A program made the translations under genes and the position numbers. This document shows positions 12,408 to 24,700 of a stretch of DNA of 63,268 nucleotides, piece by piece; the stretch's first letter is position 1, and the number at the start of each line of letters is the position of its first letter. The notes beneath the pieces were generated by a model. That model was not told the DNA's origin and ran no database searches. It saw only the letters and a list, made by a program, of their open reading frames with translations. Origin of the DNA: Camelus ferus (lineage: Eukaryota); assembly GCF_009834535.1 (NCBI RefSeq), contig NC_045696.1, positions 122,390,001 through 122,453,268 of the forward strand, written 5' to 3'.

Positions 12408-12677
12408 TCAGACCAGTATTACATTTGCTTTCGTCCTCCTTGTGTTGATAAACATTTTCCCTCTTTTCTTTTTTCTTTTCTTTTTCTTCGGAGGTTCTAA
12501 AGATTGTCTCGTTACAATGTTTAACGGCAGTGGAGGTTTTTTGCATTCATCTTTGCCTTTGGTCATGTGAAGGTCAAAATCTGTCGGGCGGCCAGCACCA
12601 TGTACTCCTAATAAGGTTTGTCTTTCTTTTGCTTTCTTCACCCTCGGGCACAGCGCATAATTCCTCATGAGTGTCTT
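12408..12677 (-). CDS. Candidate terminal coding exon of an unidentified gene (89 codons, KTLMRNYALC...PPKKKKRKKKR...NVILV*)
   Basis: Acceptor TTTCTTTGTGACAG| at 12678/12677, open frame to TGA at 12410-12408, locally elevated CpG, AATAAA ~200 nt downstream (12212-12207). No protein family recognised. Confidence 0.25.
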   Translation of the reverse strand, partial: KTLMRNYALCPRVKKAKERQTLLGVHGAGRPTDFDLHMTKGKDECKKPPLPLNIVTRQSLEPPKKKKRKKKRGKMFINTRRTKANVILV

Positions 12678-12717
12678 CTGTCACAAAGAAATACCAGGAC
12701 TCAAAAGTACTTGAACT

Positions 12718-12870
12718 GAGGGGTTTGGTGGCTTAGTGGATAAACCCCTGACCCTTTACCTCAGAGAACATGGCTTAAATTCAAACTTTCAATGTAAGTG
12801 AAAAGAGATTTATGGAGTTAACTGATATTACCTGTGCAGAATGTTCTAGAGTAAGACACAAAACACCTTT
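12718..12870 (+). mobile_element. Very old tRNA-derived SINE head (MamSINE1/LF-SINE-like)
   Basis: GGTGGCTTAGTGG (A-box-like) ... CTGACCCTTTACCTCAGAGAACATGGCTTAAATTC (degenerate B-box) ... AAGTGAAAAGAG ... CACAAAACACC resembles the recalled MamSINE1 consensus. Confidence 0.4.
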
Positions 12871-14184
12871 AACCAAAACATCTCAAGACTAAATTTAATT
12901 GAAACACCGCTTATCTCCAGAACACATAGCAGTGGAATTTAAAATTAGGGTGCTTGTAATTCGGAGTTATTTATTATCAATTCTACTTTCAAACAGAGTC
13001 TTCGTCTCTGAGCCCTTGTCAATTTCTTCGGTGTCCCTAGAAAATACGAGATCTGTAATTAAAATAAAGGCCTCTATATGTTTTTTAAAAGAAAATCACC
13101 AAGTGTCAAGTGTGCCACTCTTAAGCGTTCTCTCCTTTATCTGAGGTGAAGAGGTGTATTTCTTCACAGGAACTGGCATCAGCCAACAAACAATGTAAAA
13201 GTTTTCCTCTGCAAGAAGAGTCTATAATTGATTTCTTTGGTGGTTCCCTGGGTTTTCTCAACTTCATCGAGGCTACACATGTGTTCTGATAGAGATGAAA
13301 AATAATTATATTACAGTATAATGCATAGTGCAACCTCTTCAGCTCTGTGAGAGAGGATCTATGCATTAGCACTTGCAGATCCTGAACATAATACAGCAAA
13401 GATGACATTTGCATATACAATCTGTAGTGCAGCCTTGAAAATAGGTCAGCCCTCTCTTTGCAGGAGAATGGTAACAAAGAAGTCTGGAACGATGTTGAAA
13501 GGTAGGTTAAAATGGTGCTGTTATGCACTGAATTCAAAAATAAGGATTAAACACTTTTTTTCCTCTGTGATTATATTAACACTATTATACTAGTATTATA
13601 TGTTGGCTACAAGTGAAGTAAATACATTCTATTACTAAGTAACTGGTGTAAAATTTCATGTGACATAATTTTAAGAATCAAGGTCTCACATATCTTAGCG
13701 CCACTTCCATGAGATTAAGCAAAATATTTTGGTCTTATAATTTCTCACTTAAAGCTTCCTGTTTTAGCATAAAAAGAGCAAGACATAGTCATGGAAATGG
13801 AACTTTGTATTTTTTCTGCCTTTTTTTGAGGCATAAATATTATATTTATCCAGAAAATATTTAGTTAAAAATGGGAGACTCAGTAAAGAGGGTGAATAAT
13901 GAAAATACAGAATGTTTTTAATGTGCAATGTTGCAAGAAACCATTGTTTTTATGGGTTAATAAATTAATAACATTAAAAAATGTATTTCAAATTGGAAGA
14001 ATACATTCACTGAAAAAAAGTCACTCAGGTAAATTGAAGGTTAGTTGATGCAACTCATCCCAAATTAGAAATCTGTTATAATCAATTCTACAGCTGTCTA
14101 TTAAAAGCAACAAACATCATCCTTTGAAACATCCACTCTTTTTACAGTTGCAAGCATAATGTTTGCTTTGTATGTATGTTTCAC

Positions 14185-14363
14185 TAATAGTGTGCCGGAG
14201 CTGGCTAACATTTTCTCAGAAATTTGCCTTCTGTGATGTTACACTACTATATGAAACAACCTTTGTGGCAGATTTTACTCCATGGAAATTGGCAAAAATT
14301 TCCAATCAGTCCCTCTGCCTTCTTTGGACAGCTGGCTATTAAATATTTATCAGCACACCATCT
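14185..14363. mobile_element. MER63A-like (hAT-Blackjack) MITE
   Basis: Termini TAGTGTGCCGGAGCTGGCT and TAAATATTTATCAGCACACCA, internal TTTACTCCATGGAAATTGGCAAA. Confidence 0.7.
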
Positions 14364-14479
14364 CTTTGACTTCAACATCTGTGTCAAATTTTTTTATCTG
14401 TCTGTTATTTTCTGAGAACTGCAGACTTTTTAGAATGAATATACATTTTACACATTGAAATATTCTGAATAAGGTGGGG

Positions 14480-14932
14480 AGTGTAGATGGAGGATATATA
14501 TGTGTGTGTGTGTGTGTGTGTCTGTATGTATACACACACATATAAGAAACTGGGTCACATGATTCTGGAACCTGAGAAGTCTCAAGATCTCTACTCAAAA
14601 AGACCTAGAGAACCAGGAAAGCCTGTGGTGTAGTTTCTGTCCAAGTTGAGGAGAGCTGATGGTGTAAGCTCTAGACCGAGGGCAGGATGTCCTAGTTCAA
14701 GCACTTGGGCGGAAGGAGTTCCCTCTTACTCATCCTTTTTGTTCCTGGATCCAGGTCCTCACTTGGTTGAAGGAGACATTGACATTTAGGAGGGCCAGCT
14801 GCTTGACTGTCTACCTATTCAAATGTGAGTCTCACCTGGAAACACCCTCACCAACATACCCAGAATAATATCTATAAAAATGATCATCCAATGGCTCAGT
14901 CGAGTTGACACTGAAAATTTAAGTAAGCATCA
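14480..14932 (-). mobile_element. MLT2B-like (ERVL) solo LTR with internal (TG)n at ~14500-14521
   Basis: GGAGTTCCCTCTTACTCA...GAAACACCCTCAC..ACATACCCAGAATAAT...ATGGCTCAGTCGAGTTGACAC..AAAATT is the reverse complement of the MLT2B 5' part. Confidence 0.8.
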
Positions 14933-16253
14933 GAAGGATTTAAAACTAATAATACTTCCCTCACAATTCTGATTTGGTAATTATGAATGAATTTTCACTA
15001 TGAGATAATGAATGGCTTTCCTCAGGTTCAAATGCCTTTTTCTCAGAGATCTATTTATTCTTTCCCCACAGTTTAGCTTAAATTTAGAGCCAATAAAAAT
15101 AGGATGTAGTTTTTGGTATTGGCAAATATCAATGCAGACAGGTTTTCTCCTCATATGGATAAACATGAATTAGTATCTCAACCTCTTTAAGATTCACTGA
15201 AAAAAACCAACCAACCCAAATATTTATTATGAACAGACAGTGAAGTTAAAAAATAGTCCATAAAATTGACAATGTGTTGTTCCAAAGCTAACCCCTTTTC
15301 TGACATTTAGATCCATAACTTTTAAAAATGATTTAATGTATTATAATTTTTGAGATTTTGATTATGTGTAAGTCATGTGTCTGGATAAGTGTCTGGATAG
15401 CAGCTGCCTCAGCACAACTAGTGTCTGTTTCCACGATGTTCCTATAGATCTTCTCAGTGCATTTTTCACATGGAGTAACAATGGATTGTTTTCTCATTTA
15501 AGCCATAGCTTTGAGTGAGCTTCATGCCATATTTTCCCTTTGATGTCTTATATCAAGTAGAGTGCTGAAAACTAGAAAGCTCTTAATTGACATTTGAAGA
15601 AAAAATAGAAAGTATGAGTTTTTAAACCTGAAAAATGATTTTTACATTAATTCAGTAGTTAACAAATTCTTTTCAAAATAACACTGCTGCTTTATCAATT
15701 AATAAGTAGTATATCTCTGCTGAAATTAAGTAATTGAGATCTGTAACATGTATAGGAAAAAAATAAGCTGCCTCATAGAATATTTTTAGTTTTTTCTTTC
15801 TTTGTGTTTGTTATAACATTGTGTTTAAGTTTATGTACACCTGAAAAATGATTGCAGTTTTCTACCAAAAAACTACTTCTTATTTATGTGGTGGAATTAA
15901 TTATATATTATAAATTCAAAGTATTCTGAAAGATGACTTGATTCTCAGAGAACACTGGCCCCACAGTATTTTCCCTACTCTAAATTAAGTCCAGAGTTTC
16001 CTACACAAGGCCATTTCCCACAATAGCTGAATCACAACATTCTAGTACCATATTTCACCACTTGAGATTCTAATTCTTACATCTTTTTAAAAAATGATTT
16101 GCTGTCCATTGTTGTGTACCAATGTTTTTTAGATTATTTCTCCCTATCTCTGTCTCTATGTTTTGGTGCTTTTTCGTAACATCAGGCTGAATCCCAAATA
16201 TTGATTCTTCCCTGAACATTTCTTTACAGATTCCTAATGGTTCTTAAGATCAA

Positions 16254-17100
16254 TGTCAAGATGCACTGCCCAGGTTCTCCTTTCAGGATCAAGGAACCCA
16301 TTTTCCCAGCTGCTGAAAGTGCACTTGCTGATAATGACCATCAAGAACTACAATGGGTCTGAGATTTTACTCCACCAAGTTAGCCCAAGATTTCATGGAT
16401 ACTAGTAGAAGACACAAGACTCCTGATTCAGATGCAAAGGCCACTATATTACTCAGCACAATTGTAGTAATCAATATATCAGCACCATTTCCCAAAGCAT
16501 GGCATACAGAGTGAAATATATGTATACATGTGTTGAGTTGCATCACATAAGAGGGACCCTTAACTAAGTGAATTTGAATCTTTTCTGATAAGCATGCCCT
16601 TGGCTCTAGATAGAGGTATTATCTTTATTCTACTGAACAGTAAGCATTCCTTTGCTCCAGAAGGAGATACCATCTTTATCTTCCAAGGGTGTTCACCATA
16701 GAAACATCCTTTAGAAGATAGTCAGGAACAAACTGGAATTAGTGTGTTATTCACAAAGGTAAGCAGAAACATCAAAGACCAATAGAGTGTTGAATTGCAC
16801 ATGGAGGGAAATAGCTGCCTGACCAAACCTTACACTCTTCTCCAGGGGCAGCGTGCATCCAGTGTGGTGATGTGGAAATTCAAAGACACAGCTCTCCCTC
16901 ACTCCAGTTGGAGGAACTCTGCGGTGATTCCAAGAGGATTTTCTGAACCTTCAGTTGCTATTATAGCAAGTTAAACCTTTTCCCTGCCTAATCCTGATTC
17001 CATTAATCCCTAAAACATTTTTTTTCCCCCAGAGAACACTCCTCCCATTAACTTCCTGCATATAAATCTCCATTTCAAAATATTTTTTCTACCTAAGATA
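16254..17100 (+). mobile_element. LTR16-like (ERVL) solo LTR, split by an insertion at ~16350-16790
   Basis: 5' part TGCCCAGGTTCTCCTTTCAGGA...TTCCCAGCTGCTG; 3' part AGCTGCCTGACCAA...CCCTGCCTAATCCTG...ACTTCCTGCATATAAATCTCCAT...ACCTAAGATA. Confidence 0.65.
16350..16790 (-). mobile_element. MER74/MER54-group ERVL solo LTR nested in the LTR16-like element
   Basis: GTCTGAGATTTTAC...AAGTTAGCC...TTTCATGGATACTAGTAGAAGACACAAGACTCCTG matches the recalled MER74-group terminus. Confidence 0.55.
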
Positions 17101-17239
17101 GTTTCTCACTTTGTGGTCCATGAACTATCCCCACTGTACTCATGCAAAGGTATGGAGCCATGGCTCCTAGAATCACAGCTAGAAGAGTGGGTTCAACTTC
17201 CCCAGAACTGATGTGTGAACAGAATTATTTCAGAAAAAT

Positions 17240-18694
17240 TTTTTTTGTTTAAGAATAGTTTTAAGCGTGGAAGGTACAGAGATTTTCCGTATACCTTGTG
17301 CCCACATGTGCATATTCTTCCTTAACTATTGATATCCCTACCAGAGTGATATTTTTTACAATTAATGAACCTATATTGACACATTATTGTCACCCAAAGT
17401 CCATAGATTAAATTAGGTTTTGCTCTTAGTGTTGTACATTCTGTGGGTTTGGGCAAATTTATAATGGCATGTATCCTTTATTATTGTATCATACAGAGTA
17501 TTCACTGCCTTAAAAATCCTTTGTACTCTGTCAATTCATCCTTTCCTTTTCTACCTCTTGGCAACCACTGATATTTTTAGTGTCTCTATAATTTTGCCTT
17601 TTACAGAGTACTGTATAGTTGGAATCACACAGTATGTAGCCTTTTCAGATTGGCTTCTTTCATTTAGTAACATGCATTATGAGTCCTCTATGCCTTTTTA
17701 TAGCTTGAACTCATTTCTTGAATAATATTCCATTATCTGGGTGTACTACAATTTCTTTATCCATTCACATACTGAAGAACATCATGGTTGCTTCCAAGTT
17801 TTGATATAGGAAAAAATTTGTTATAAACATCCATGTGCAGATTTTTGTGTGGACATGTTCTCAGCCCTCCTGGGTAAATACCAAGAAGCATGATTGCTGG
17901 ATCTTATGGAAAGAGTATATTTGGTTTTGTAAGAAACCACCAACCAACCTGACTTCCAAAGTGTCTGTACCATTTTACACTCCCACCAGTAGTGAAAAAG
18001 AGTTTCCATTGTTCCATGTCCTCTCCAACATTTGTTGTTGTCACTGTTCTGGATTTTGATCATTCTAATAGGTGTGTAGTGGTATCTCACTGTTGTTTTA
18101 ATCTATTTAACTTAATGATGCATGATGTGGAATATCTTTTTATAGGCTTATTTGCCGTCTGTATATCTTACTAGCTGAGGCATCAAGTTCTTAGGCTCAT
18201 TTTTAATCAAGTTGTTTGTTTTCCTATTGTTGTGTTAGGATGAAGTTGAATAGGAGTGGTGAAAGGGGACATTCTTGCTGTGTCCTAATCTTAGTGGGAA
18301 ATTTTAGAGTGTCTTACCATAAAGAATGATATTAACTATTAGTTTTTGTAAATATTCTTAACAAGTTGAGAAGTTTTCACACTATTCCTTGCTTACTGAG
18401 TCTTTATTACAAACGGTTGTTGGATTTTGTCAAATGCTTTTTTAGATTCTGTTATATGATTATGTGATTATTCATCTTTACCCAGTTGATTTGGTGGGTT
18501 CCATTAATTAATTTTTGAATGTTGAACCAATCTTGCTTACCTGGGATAAAAATCCCATTTTGTCATATTCTTGCTTGCCTACTTTCTGAGGGCAAGTCAT
18601 GTAATTCTTATCCTTGTTTTTCTGTAGGTGTTCCTCCCTTTTCCCTGGGTCCTTTTAGATTTTTTTTCCTATAGTTTGAAAATAGTACACCTAG

Positions 18695-18736
<42 letters not shown>

Positions 18737-19000
18737 ATTTATACTGCTTGGTGCCTTCTGAGTTTTCTGGATCTGTGATTTCATGGCTGACATTAATTTG
18801 GGAAATTTTTAAGTCATTGTTATTTCAAATTTTTTGGTTTCTTCTCTTTCTGGCATTTCCATTATGTGTGTGTTATATGTTTTGTAGTTATACTACAGTT
18901 CTTGGATATTCTTTTCTTTTATTCCCCCCGTCCTTGTGGTCTTTGTTTTTTCAGTGTTGGGGGTTTCTATTGCTATACCCTCAAGTTCAGAAGTTAAAAT
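17240..19000 (-). mobile_element. L1MC1/2-like element, internally deleted (3' UTR, ORF2 pieces, ORF1-region piece); poly-T at 18700-18734
   Basis: 3' UTR signature AATGAACCTATATTGACACATTATTGTCACCCAAAGTCCATAG. ORF 17821-18090 (MRYHYTPIRM...WWECKMVQTLWKS) is the L1 ORF2p C-terminal domain. Abrupt jumps at ~18235 and ~18570. Confidence 0.85.
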
Positions 19001-21666
19001 GAAGCTTTTAAAAAATCTCCTTTCAAGCCTGTAATAAAGTGGTAGATTATTTGAGATATTCCACCACCACTACTTTTCCTCCCCTATGAAATATTTTTCC
19101 TTCTTAAGAAGATATTCTTGTGACTATGGATCATAAATCATGAAATTCTATAAAATAAATTCATTTTAATTTTTAGGAAAAGAAGTATAAAAGATATATT
19201 ATTCTGAAGAAAAATATTTGATTTTCAAAAATAGTTATTGTTTTATAAACTCTAAAGCATTTTTATAGGAAAATCACACCTAATTATAATTATGTGATAT
19301 CTCTAATGCATAGTTGATTAACTTTTGTTTATTTTACCTTATATACTTAAATAATTCATTTCATAAGATGTTATTTTAAAGTAACTTTTCAATTAAGATC
19401 TAAAGAGGTATATATGTGTGTATATACATATTTAATAATTAATTGCTTAAAAAGATTTAACCCAAGCTTGTATATTTGTAAACTGCTTCTGAAATTTTAT
19501 TAAACATACAAAGATAAAACAGAAGATTTATTGTTTTAACTTGATTTTGACTGATAGAAGATATAAGATGTGCATATGAAAAGTGAAGGTTTTTATCTCA
19601 GTAAAGGAGCTACAAGGAAAAAATAATGAGATAAAGTGCAGAACTTTTCCACTCTCCACAAATTTATAGCATGTCATGTTTATCAAGTAAGAGAATATTG
19701 GAACCACCATATTTCAATGAAATCACATCTTATATTTCATCATCAGAGGAAAATCTAGGGAGTAGGAAGTTGCTAGTAAAACTGTTTACATTTAATGACT
19801 TTACAGATAGTACTGGACACATTTCTAACTTAAAAAATGTTTTGGCTGATATTGCCAAATATCACTGTCTCCATGGCAATAGTCACTTTAAAAAATGACT
19901 TAAAATAAGAAAGGCAAAGGAGAAAGCAAGCCTCCAACATGCAAAATATAAATTGCATAAAATTTTTTGCTGAATTATTGAGGAAAAAAGAATTTGCAGA
20001 TAAAAACAGTTTTCTAAAATTAGACCTAACAGAATCTTGAGCATTTTAAATTCAGTTTAATCAAATATGTGACAATTTTAACACTTGGTGTGCAGACGCA
20101 TGTTGTTTAAGTGTTTGTAAAATTATCTTCAAGTGTGGGAGGAGCTTTATTCATGCAGTAATTTTTAGATGAAATTCTTCATATTGCTAATCTAAAACTA
20201 CAGAGTAGAAGGCATATTTCTTTTACTTAAAAAAGTATTTTGTCTTTTGGAAACTTGCAAATGTTGGACAGAAGAGATGTCACAAGTGGAAAAGAAAATA
20301 ATTTTCTTGAAATGTAGGATTCATTACTTCCATTCTATTGGAAAAAAATGGAGAAAGACTTGCTCAGCTAGCTAGCCAGGAGTTGCAACTTTCAGCAATT
20401 ACATTCAAATGAGGTGGTCAGTGCCCACTCTTGTGGTTTGTGATCTCTTGTCCACAGAATGAAGTTTTAGGCTTGAGATGATGAGGATGGAAGATTCTAC
20501 AACAAACTTCCTCCAGTTAAGTGTCAGGTGAAACCCTTAAACTTGTTTTCCCATATTTTATTGAATCTCTAGGAACCTTGAGCATTTGTACATTGCACAA
20601 TATGAATTAATAAAAGGAAATCCAATCCAACAACAGCAGTACAAGATAGTAAACTGAGTTTCTTTGTGTCATTTCAGAAATCAAAAATCTGCATAAATGT
20701 ATAATAATGATCAGTTAATTCCAAGAATTGTCTCTATTGGTTTCCTTTGTTTGCACATTTCATTAAACACAAATGCATGGTCTTTGAGGTCTGAGGGTAT
20801 CCCTACTTTATTAATGCCCGCTAACTACTATCAGGTAAATTCCTTTCTTTCATTTCTTTGTTATTAATATTTCTACTGAAAATTAAAAGTTTTGTACTTA
20901 TATATTTGTTTTATGTATCAAGATTTTATTTTTATAGCTAGATTTTAGGATGTTTATGAGAAAATTTATAATTTCTATTTATTAGGTACTGACAAGTTCT
21001 CAGCATAACATTTGGGATATAATAGATGATTAGTAAATATCTATTGGATCATTTATTTGGGTTTCATCCTGTATCCTGCGTATTTTTCCAAAGTAGATAA
21101 TCACTAAAGCTCAATAAACTAGGGTTTACTCTTGTAGATTTTAAAATCTTGTTACTTAAAATGTGTATATAGTTAACCTAGCATTTCAATAATATGTACT
21201 ATAAATAAACTTTCAGATCTTTGGTGTCATTTAAGAATATTAAACACTAAAATACATAATTTAAAATGTGCTTTTAAAAAAGGCTATGGGGCAAAATATA
21301 CACATGTGATGTTAGATAAAGAATTATACTACTTCTGATGTCACATGATCAGAATCAAAATTACAATTTTAGTCACAGATTTTCTATTGAAAATGAGAGC
21401 TATGTTAAATGACAATTTCACAAGCTTTTTATCATTACAAATTTGCTTTAAATTAATTTATATTTTTAAATTGGCATTTGTTAAAAAATGATTTAAAAAA
21501 ACAATTTAGGTGATACAAATAAACACTATTTAACACTTCATGATGGGGGCAGTCTCCTTTGAGAAAATTTCAAAATGAGGCAGAAGTCAAGAAGCTTCTT
21601 TGGGGTGAAAAAAGGGGAAAAAAATACAGGACCCTGAACTGCCTTGGAGTTTTAGGACTGGCTCAC

Positions 21667-21748
21667 CGAATATACTGCATTTCTGGAATGTTTTCTCAGT
21701 TTCTGTTTGTTGATGTGGCATCCAGGGAAAAGCAACTCCATCTTGTAC
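21667..21748 (-). other. Candidate 82-nt exon
   Basis: Minus strand AATAATTTCTAG|GTACAAGATGG...TATATTCG|GTGAGC has canonical acceptor and donor. Two frames are open, and the ATG at 21741-21739 is in strong Kozak context (AAGATGG). Confidence 0.3.
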
Positions 21749-24700
21749 CTAGAAATTATTTCAACATATTTGTTTAAAAGAAATGAACCTCATTATATAT
21801 TTTAAAAAGTATTTTTGAAAGTCTTTTCCTAAAGCAAAATGGGTACATGTAAAGTTAAGCAATACATTGCTGTGACAAATACGGAAACATTTATGAAACT
21901 ATATAATTATTTAATGTTAGATATAACAATAGAACAGAAATAAACCAACAATTTTTTTCAACCAAAAAAATAACATTTTATTGAAAAAGTAACATTTATC
22001 CAAGAAACATAGAAAAAAATTTCTTTCAGAATATGAGATTGTATCTCTGCCTAATAATTGTCCTCTTCATGGTCATTAGAAAGCTTACATTAGATTTGAT
22101 TTGTTTTTATTTTTTCCAGTTTTATTCTTATTTTTAAATTTTGCTAATACATTTACATTACAATTTTACTTGTGTGCTCCCTATACAATTGAAAATATAC
22201 TTACATATTCTTCTTTTTTCATTTTAAATGTATTTGTAAAACATTTCCTGTGGTTTTTCTTAATTATACCTGATACAAAATGTTGTAATTGAGATAAATT
22301 AACATTCTTCTAATATAGAGTATATAATGAAGTTTAATAGGTATGTTATTTAAAATTTTTCTATATGTTTTCATTTTCCCTTCTATATGAATGAGAAAGA
22401 TATTCAGGTTTGGAGTTAATTAGTTTGGATAATTAAGACACAATGGAATAAAATGTTAATTACATTTAACTAGTCTTCAAGTTTCAATTATGTTCCCTGT
22501 GTTTCATGGTTTTGGTTTTTATGCTCCATGTTGAAACAGAGATGAATATTATTTATGGTTATTCAGCATCCCTTCACACTACCTTTTATATTCCTTCCCT
22601 TCAGCAGGACAAGTATATTAAACACATCTGATAGCCCCCTATGATGCTAACAGTAATCTAAGTTAAATTTGGTTCTGAAAATAAGAAGCACTCATGTGAA
22701 TTATGAAAAGTGAGAGTGGCGTTAGAGACCGCCTTTCTGTGACTGTGGAGGAGGGAATGAAAGATCTCAAGATTTAGTTGTTTGTGGCCCCAGACTCCAT
22801 ATTCCAGGACCTGGTTTCCAACTTCATGGCTATCAGGCAGCTGAAGGTGAAAGAAGTGGTTGCAAAAAGTAATGATATATGCTTTCTGACCTTTGGAATT
22901 CAGCTATAGTAGATTTATCTAGAAATTAATAGTCACATATTACTTTACAGATTTCCATTCCCAAGGATGTCCTCAGTGCCTGGGCTTGGCCCACATTCCT
23001 GGTCACACAGTCTTCACTATAAACAGCTCCCACAGCAGTAGCTGATTCCTCCAGGGCCAGAAGGAAAACAAGAGAGATTGCAGGGTGAGGATGCTTTAAA
23101 TTTAATTTTCCCTAAGCTTCTTATTTTTAGGCGAAATATTTTTATTCTTATATGTTATGAGTAATTCTGTTTGATAAAGATCCTTCAAACACAGTCAGAT
23201 ACAATAACGAAAACACTAATGAAATAAAATTCTACCTGTGTATTCACTGACAGTGTGGACATATACCAATATTTTAAATATTTTCTCCTAAATCCTGAAA
23301 TTTATATCTTTCATATAAAAATTACTTCACAAATACTTATTAGATAAAAATCACTCAGTTATTCTCTATTTCATGTGTGCTATTTTATTTAATTCTTACG
23401 GCTACCCTAGGATTTTAGGTCTTTTTAATTTTTTTTTCGTTTAGAACACATTAGAAAAGAGACTCAAGGTGCTGATTAAATTACATAAGAACAAAGCTCT
23501 TAGTAAGTGAAAGATCTTGGATTTAAATTCACATGCTGCTTTCTGTGGTTTATTCTTGTAATGACTCTGTGACAGTTCTCTTCTTTCTCAATAAATATTT
23601 AAACAATTATTTTTTATCAAAAAGTCTTTTATTGAATAAATATTTGCTTAGGCCTTGTCTAACAATTCTTGCAATTTCTCTTGCTTCAACTTGCCTCAAA
23701 ATCAGGAATGGTGTTTAAACATTACTTTAAATTCTACTCTACCCCACCACACACCGAATAACAACACATCTTTCCCATTATTGTTGCCACCACAATGAGG
23801 AGCAGAAATGCTGAATTCTGGACATGTGGTTTTGTTAACAGAATCACTGATGTATGAGCCTTTTCTTAGTGCTCAACACTCTATCAACCTTACTGAGCAT
23901 ATCCAGTGGCTAGGCTCTGCTATTCTCTTTTGCCAGAAGAAAAACAAGTATCAATTTTTAATAATGGGCATAACAACTAAAGGGGATGAGAAAAATTCCT
24001 AACGCCGGAAGCTCAAGTACTGTGCACTGACACAGCAACATGGTGTCTAAGTACAGATTATCCTATCTTTTCCCACAGTGCTGAAATGTCCTGAAAACCT
24101 TGCCTTTCAGTTTTCTTTTCCTAACAGTTTATTCTCTTTGACACCAGAAATCCATTTCCAAATTTATGACAGGTAAACTCAATAGTAAAATTCAAAGTTG
24201 ACATGGGTATTATTATTGCCCTGTGTTGAATCTGGGAGAAGATGAGCTTTCTGATACAACTTCTTATCCATACTGGAAAATAGTTCTCAATTGATGAGCA
24301 AACAGAGAGAAATGCTAGTATAAGAGAAATGTTTATAAAACCTAAGACAAAGACTTTGAAGTAGTCAAGCTATATTAATGAATGAGGAAATATTTTTGCT
24401 GTCACTAATTGAAAAATTTCCTTTTCTCTTTTTCTTCTCCTCCTGAATATATTCTTTGACAGACTGATAAAGATATTTGTGTGCATACACAAATATAAAG
24501 TTTGAATATTTTTATTTATAGAACACAGAAAAATTTTTTCCAAACCATTACATTTATTCTGACTAGAAGAGCACATGTTCTTTGAAAGAAAAATAAATTA
24601 TTAGCTATATTTTTTAAATATGATGCTTATTATTTAAAATGTCACAGGCACATTGATTCTTGTAAAGCACAGAAGATTCTTAAAGCAGTTATAAATAGTT

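Noticed and set aside
22951..23084. Plus-strand exon-like block (TTTACAG|...|GTGAGG)
   Set aside because: Stops in all three frames and no linked exons; not supportable as coding.
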